Shown piece by piece: positions 59,162 to 64,000 of a DNA stretch of 64,000 nt; within the stretch, counting starts at the first letter, position 1; each line of letters begins with the position of its first letter. The notes beneath the pieces were generated by a model. The model made no database searches. It saw nothing but the letters and a program-made list of their open reading frames with translations, and had not been told where the DNA came from. Both the position numbers and the translations under genes were made by a program. This DNA is from Escherichia phage ELT1: sequence record MZ892903.1; one strand, 5' to 3'.

Positions 59162-59169
59162 ATAAGCAA

Positions 59170-59823
59170 TTAATACTTGCAAGATTTCACAGTTTCAATA
59201 AAAACACTTTTAGCTTTCTGTGAATCAATATTTAAAATTTTTCTATAAGCCTTTAACTTTATAGAATAATTATTCCAGACTAAATTATCAGTCTGTTCAT
59301 CGTGTTTATCAATTATATTTAAAAACGAATCAAGCAAGATAAACGTCTCAAACGAAATTATGTTCGATTGCAGAAGTTTAAAAATATAACTTGATTGAAC
59401 TTTTGGATTATATTCAAAAATTTCTTTAAAAGCAGAAACTTCAACTTTTTTACTGAAATAGTAAATGTTGCGAATATCTTCTTCAAACTTAAATTTAATT
59501 TGCTTTAAGCGTCCGATATATTCACGATAAAACACAAGTGCATCAGCGTCAGAGATGTCACCAATCCAAGCATCTTGGTTAGCAACCAAATTACTTATAA
59601 AGATTAAAGCAAGTTCCTTTAATTTATATTTTTCTGATAACTTCTGAAAAAAATACTTATCCCTTCGCTTTTGATAAGCGGCATCAGACACCCGCATGCA
59701 CCAATTATACTTAATAACATCATACTTTCCATTCATATGTTGTTTTATCATTAAGTATAATTTATAAACTGATTTACCATCAATATATCTTTCACCACCA
59801 GCAGGCATGCGGAGTTTAATCAT
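59170..59823 (-). CDS. 59: helicase loader gp59
   Basis: 217 aa, T4 gp59-like. Confidence 0.9.
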   Translation of the reverse strand: MIKLRMPAGGERYIDGKSVYKLYLMIKQHMNGKYDVIKYNWCMRVSDAAYQKRRDKYFFQKLSEKYKLKELALIFISNLVANQDAWIGDISDADALVFYREYIGRLKQIKFKFEEDIRNIYYFSKKVEVSAFKEIFEYNPKVQSSYIFKLLQSNIISFETFILLDSFLNIIDKHDEQTDNLVWNNYSIKLKAYRKILNIDSQKAKSVFIETVKSCKY

Positions 59824-60158
59824 AGTAGAAAATCTAATGTATTAGTTTTTTCACAACGAACAACAGAAGGACGTAAAAGATTTTCGTCGATAGCTTCTGA
59901 CTGAATTTTTTCAATTATACCCGAAGGAATAAATTTAGCAAATTGAGTTTCAGGAATAGAGTTTTCTTCCAAGAATGCTGTCGTAGCTTCAAGATAACTC
60001 ATTCCAAACTCTTCTACCATTTTTTCAATAATAAATCCATTTTCTTGGCGGTCAAGAAGCTTTGCAATTTCATCCTTTTCTTTCTTAATTGAAAGTTCTT
60101 TTTCTGAAAGACCGGTCTCATCGACCGGACGAATATCATTTAGAGAAAACTGTGTCAT
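59820..60158 (-). CDS. 33: late transcription coactivator gp33
   Basis: Start taken at MTQFSLNDIRPV (112 aa). Confidence 0.8.
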   Translation of the reverse strand: MTQFSLNDIRPVDETGLSEKELSIKKEKDEIAKLLDRQENGFIIEKMVEEFGMSYLEATTAFLEENSIPETQFAKFIPSGIIEKIQSEAIDENLLRPSVVRCEKTNTLDFLL

Positions 60159-60405
60159 AAAGTTCAACTACCTCTTCAGTTTCAGCTTCAAACACATCAC
60201 GGTTATCTTTATGATACAAAGCTAACAGACGATTAAACATCTTACCATCAACGCCAAGTTCATCTTTGGCACGAATTCGAATATCTTTAATCAATTCATT
60301 ATAACCAGAAATTTTCAGTTTATGATCAGATGCTTCTTTAATAAATTTAGCCAAATCTTCGCCATGGATAGCTTCATCAAATTCAACCATTTCTTTTTTA
60401 GCCAT
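60136..60405 (-). CDS. dsbA: double-stranded DNA-binding protein DsbA
   Basis: 89 aa. Confidence 0.8.
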   Translation of the reverse strand: MAKKEMVEFDEAIHGEDLAKFIKEASDHKLKISGYNELIKDIRIRAKDELGVDGKMFNRLLALYHKDNRDVFEAETEEVVELYDTVFSK

Positions 60406-60413
60406 TATTCACC

Positions 60414-61331
60414 TCAAAATTCATTAATGCTATTAGTTAATTTAGAAAGACCCGCTTTTACAAAATATGAATAAATTTTGCCACGTGGTGGTAATTTATA
60501 TGAATTATAGTAATTCACGATGTTTGAAGCAATATTATCAGGAATATAATCAAAATCAATTAGAACTAAATTTTCTTTATAACGATTATATTCAGATTCT
60601 GTGAGAAGCACCTTAGCTTGCTCACGGTCATTAGCAATAGCTTCGACAATAGAGGTTTTCATTGAAGGAGTTCGTTCACCTTCAACTCTAGTAAACCAAA
60701 AGTCAGACCGTACTTTAACTGAAGCAACGTTATCCTTTTTGTCACCTTTAAGGATTTTAGTCATACAGTCAATTTCAGCAGAACCGCTTTTAATTTTAAC
60801 CCATTTCTTGTGCATCGGTGACCATTGCTTAACATTTGGGTATTTGTGAAGTTGAGTAAAGTCACCATCCGACGAAATGATTAAAATCTTATGTCCTTCT
60901 AAAGAGAACTTTTTAACAAGAACAGCAATATGGTCATCTGCTTCATACTTATCAATATCCATAACGATGTATGGCATATAAGCTTTCAGTTCATCTATAA
61001 CTTTATGACTGGATTCAAAATAACCTTCCCAATCCCAAGTAGATTCTTCTCGTGCTTTTCCACGGTTTTTCTTATAATAATAAGCAAAATCACGACGCCA
61101 GTATCCAGATTTCGCGTTATCAATACACAGTACAATTTTAGTGTATCCAAGAGTTTTTGCTTTTTTGACATTAAACTTAATTGAGTTCAATATCAAATGA
61201 CGAACCATTGATAAATTAATTTTTTCTTTATCTGGAAAGTTTACCAAAGCAGTTGAAAGCGCAATCTGACTAAAGTCAATTAAGCAGATTCCTTCTTTGT
61301 AATCTTCATCCAGCATCATTTCTAAATCCAT
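60414..61331 (-). CDS. rnh: RNase H / 5'-3' exonuclease
   Basis: Start corrected to ATG 61331 (GAGG SD; MDLEMMLDEDYKEGICLIDF); 305 aa. Confidence 0.9.
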   Translation of the reverse strand: MDLEMMLDEDYKEGICLIDFSQIALSTALVNFPDKEKINLSMVRHLILNSIKFNVKKAKTLGYTKIVLCIDNAKSGYWRRDFAYYYKKNRGKAREESTWDWEGYFESSHKVIDELKAYMPYIVMDIDKYEADDHIAVLVKKFSLEGHKILIISSDGDFTQLHKYPNVKQWSPMHKKWVKIKSGSAEIDCMTKILKGDKKDNVASVKVRSDFWFTRVEGERTPSMKTSIVEAIANDREQAKVLLTESEYNRYKENLVLIDFDYIPDNIASNIVNYYNSYKLPPRGKIYSYFVKAGLSKLTNSINEF

Positions 61332-61352
61332 ATGAACCTCGTTCAATTAGTG

Positions 61353-61390
61353 AGATTTCTATTATATACTATCCAAATCTTAAAGTAAAC
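61353..61390 (-). promoter_or_regulatory. predicted early promoter for rnh, -10 inside a 6-bp inverted repeat
   Basis: minus strand GTTTAC-18 bp-TATAAT; arms agattt / aaatct. Confidence 0.6.
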
Positions 61391-61393
61391 AAG

Positions 61394-61401
61394 TATAAAT
61401 A
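61394..61401 (+). promoter_or_regulatory. late promoter core TATAAATA upstream of gene 34
   Basis: exact TATAAATA 34 nt before gene 34 ATG, back-to-back with rnh promoter. Confidence 0.65.
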
Positions 61402-61435
61402 CTTATTATTGAAAACACAATAGGAGCCCGGGAGA

Positions 61436-64000
61436 ATGGCCGAGATTAAAAGAAAGTTCAGAGCAGAAGATGGTCTGGACGCAGGTGGCGATAAAATAAT
61501 CAACGTAGCTTTAGCTGATCGTGCCGTAGGAACTGACGGTGTTAACGTTGATTACCTAATTCAAGAAAACACAGTTCAACAATATGATCCAACTCGTGGA
61601 TATTTAAAAGATTTTGTAATCATTTATGATAACCGCTTTTGGGCTGCTATAAATGATATTCCAAAACCGGCAGGAGCTTTTAATAGCGTGCGCTGGAGAG
61701 CATTACGTACTGATGCAAACTGGACAACTGTTTCGTCAGGACCTTATCAATTAAAGTCAGGTGAATCAATTTCAGTTAATACTGCAGCAGGAAATGATAT
61801 CACATTTACTTTGCCAACTTCTCCAATTGATGGAGATACTATCGTTCTTCAAGATATTGGTGGAAAACCTGGAGTTAACCAAGTTTTAATTGTAGCTCCA
61901 GTGCAAAGTATTGTAAACTTTAGAGGCGAACAAGTACGATCAGTACTAATGACCCATCCAAAATCACAGATAGTTTTAATTTTTAGTAATCGTCTGTGGC
62001 AAATGTATGTGGCTGATTATAGCAGAGAAGCGGTAGTTGTGACGCCAGCAAGTCTCTACCAGGCGCAGTCAAACGATTTTATCGTACGCAGATTTACTTC
62101 TGCTGCACCGATAAATATTAAACTTCCGAGATTTGCTAATCATGGCGATATTATTAATTTCGTTGATTTAGATAAATTAAATCCTCTTTATCATACAATT
62201 GTTACTACATATGATGAAACTACATCAGTACAAGAAGATGGAACTCATTCCATTGAAGGCCGTACATCTATTGATGGTTTCTTGATGTATGATGATAATG
62301 AGAAATTATGGAGATTATTTGACGGGGATAGTAAAGCACGTTTACGCGTTATAACAACTAATTCTAATATTCGTCCAAACGAAGAAGTTATGGTATTTGG
62401 TGCGAATAATGGAACAACTCAAACAATTGAACTTCAGCTTCCGACCGATATTTCCATTGGCGATACTGTTAAAATTTCCATGAATTACATGAGAAAAGGC
62501 CAAACAGTTAAAATCAAAGCTGCCGGTGAAGATAAAATTGCTTCTTCAGTTCAATTGCTGCAATTCCCAAAACGTTCAGAATATCCACCTGAAGCTGAAT
62601 GGGTGACTGTTCAAGAATTAGTTTTTAACGGTGAAACTAATTATGTTCCAGTTTTACAACTTGCTTATATCGAAGATTCTGACGGAAAATACTGGGTTGT
62701 ACAGCAAAACGTTCCAACAGTTGAAAGAGTCGATTCTTTAAATAATTCTACTAGAGCAAGATTAGGCGTAATTGCTTTAGCTACACAAGCTCAAGCTAAC
62801 GTCGATTTAGAAAATTCTCCACAAAAAGAATTGGCAATTACTCCAGAAACGTTAGCTAACCGTACTGCTACAGAAACTCGTAGAGGTATTGCAAGAATAG
62901 CAACCACTGCTCAAGTGAACCAGGACACTACATTCTCTTTTGCTGATGATATTATCATCACTCCTAAAAAGCTGAATGAAAGAACTGCTACAGAAACTCG
63001 TAGAGGTGTTGCTGAAATTGCTACACAGCAAGAAACTAACGCAGGTACTGATGATGCTACAATCATCACTCCTAAAAAGCTTCAAGCTCGTCAAGGTTCT
63101 GAATCATTATCTGGTATTGTAACCTTTGTATCTACCGCAGGAGCTACTCCAGCTTCTAGTCGTGAATTAAATGGTACGAATGTTTATAATAAAAACACTG
63201 ATAATTTAGTTGTTTCACCTAAAGCTTTGGATCAGTATAAAGCTACTCCAACACAACAAGGTGCGGTAATTTTAGCAGTTGAAAGTGAAGTAATTGCTGG
63301 ACAGAGCCAAGAAGGATGGGCAAATGCGGTTGTAACGCCAGAAACGTTACATAAAAAGACATCAACTGATGCAAGAATTGGTTTAATTGAAATTGCTACG
63401 CAAAGTGAAGTTAATACAGGAACTGATTATACCCGTGCAGTCACTCCTAAAACTTTAAATGACCGTAAAGCAACTGAAAGTTTAAGTGGTATAGCTGAAA
63501 TTGCTACGCAAGTTGAATTCGACGCAGGCGTCGACGATACTCGTATCTCTACACCATTAAAAATTAAAACCAGATTTAACAGTACTGATCGTACTTCTGT
63601 TGTTGCTCTATCTGGATTAGTTGAATCAGGAACTCTCTGGGACCATTATACCCTTAATATTCTTGAAGCAAATGAGACACAACGTGGTACACTTCGTGTA
63701 GCTACGCAAGTTGAAGCTGCTGCAGGAACATTAGATAATGTTCTAATAACTCCTAAAAAGCTTTTAGGTACTAAATCTACTGAAGCGCAGGAAGGCGTTA
63801 TTAAAGTTGCAACTCAGTCTGAAACTGTAACTGGAACGTCAGCAAATACTGCTGTATCTCCAAAAAATTTAAAATGGATTGTGCAGAGTGAACCTACCTG
63901 GGCAGCTACTACTGCAATAAGAGGTTTTGTTAAAACTTCATCTGGTTCAATTACATTCGTTGGTAATGATACAGTCGGTTCTACCCAAGATTTAGAACTG
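61436..64000 (+). CDS. 34: long tail fiber proximal subunit gp34 (5' partial, runs off window end)
   Basis: Open frame from ATG 61436 (AGGAG SD) with no stop to window end; begins MAEIKRKFRAEDGLDAGGDKIINVALADRAVGTDGVNVDY; internal repeated ...TATETRRG... motifs. Confidence 0.9.
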   Translation, partial: MAEIKRKFRAEDGLDAGGDKIINVALADRAVGTDGVNVDYLIQENTVQQYDPTRGYLKDFVIIYDNRFWAAINDIPKPAGAFNSVRWRALRTDANWTTVSSGPYQLKSGESISVNTAAGNDITFTLPTSPIDGDTIVLQDIGGKPGVNQVLIVAPVQSIVNFRGEQVRSVLMTHPKSQIVLIFSNRLWQMYVADYSREAVVVTPASLYQAQSNDFIVRRFTSAAPINIKLPRFANHGDIINFVDLDKLNPLYHTIVTTYDETTSVQEDGTHSIEGRTSIDGFLMYDDNEKLWRLFDGDSKARLRVITTNSNIRPNEEVMVFGANNGTTQTIELQLPTDISIGDTVKISMNYMRKGQTVKIKAAGEDKIASSVQLLQFPKRSEYPPEAEWVTVQELVFNGETNYVPVLQLAYIEDSDGKYWVVQQNVPTVERVDSLNNSTRARLGVIALATQAQANVDLENSPQKELAITPETLANRTATETRRGIARIATTAQVNQDTTFSFADDIIITPKKLNERTATETRRGVAEIATQQETNAGTDDATIITPKKLQARQGSESLSGIVTFVSTAGATPASSRELNGTNVYNKNTDNLVVSPKALDQYKATPTQQGAVILAVESEVIAGQSQEGWANAVVTPETLHKKTSTDARIGLIEIATQSEVNTGTDYTRAVTPKTLNDRKATESLSGIAEIATQVEFDAGVDDTRISTPLKIKTRFNSTDRTSVVALSGLVESGTLWDHYTLNILEANETQRGTLRVATQVEAAAGTLDNVLITPKKLLGTKSTEAQEGVIKVATQSETVTGTSANTAVSPKNLKWIVQSEPTWAATTAIRGFVKTSSGSITFVGNDTVGSTQDLEL

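Noticed and set aside
62852-63094. 80-aa minus-strand ORF inside gene 34
   Set aside because: Antisense to gp34 in a stretch of repeated ...TATETRRG... coding motifs; the DNA repeats are explained by the repetitive fibrous structure of the tail-fibre protein.

Overview
This 64-kb window is one contiguous segment of a T4-like (T-even, Tequatrovirus-type) myophage genome, colinear with phage T4 from the 3' end of gene 11 to the 5' part of gene 34. I did not find an obviously new multi-gene system; the window is dense, well-ordered phage core genome, and the unusual items are local. The plus strand carries the late structural and packaging genes (12, wac, 13-20, 67, 68, 21-24, then 51, 27-29, 48, 54, and 34 at the end). 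The minus strand carries early/middle genes (rnlB, hoc, inh, uvsY, 25, 26, alt, DNA ligase 30, rIII, 31, cd, pseT, spanins, alc, rnlA, denA, nrdB, nrdA, td, frd, 32, 59, 33, dsbA, rnh). Two group I introns are present: nrdB (1091 nt, with an intact 269-aa HNH ORF) and td (1016 nt, with a GIY-YIG ORF). Three free-standing homing-endonuclease-like genes are also present: an HNH ORF between genes 18 and 19, a segE-like GIY-YIG gene, and a mobE-like HNH gene. No tRNA, rRNA or CRISPR array was seen. The most interesting observations are: (1) the HNH ORF wedged into the 18-19 junction; (2) a 68-aa ORF between frd and td, which I recall as directly overlapping in T4; (3) a decayed tandem duplicate of the alt 5' region immediately after alt; (4) a perfect 54-bp promoter/leader cassette present twice, 13.8 kb apart; (5) inverted repeats bracketing the -10 element of four of the seven predicted early promoters. 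Protein identifications rest on recalled T4 sequences, lengths and motifs, not on a database search.
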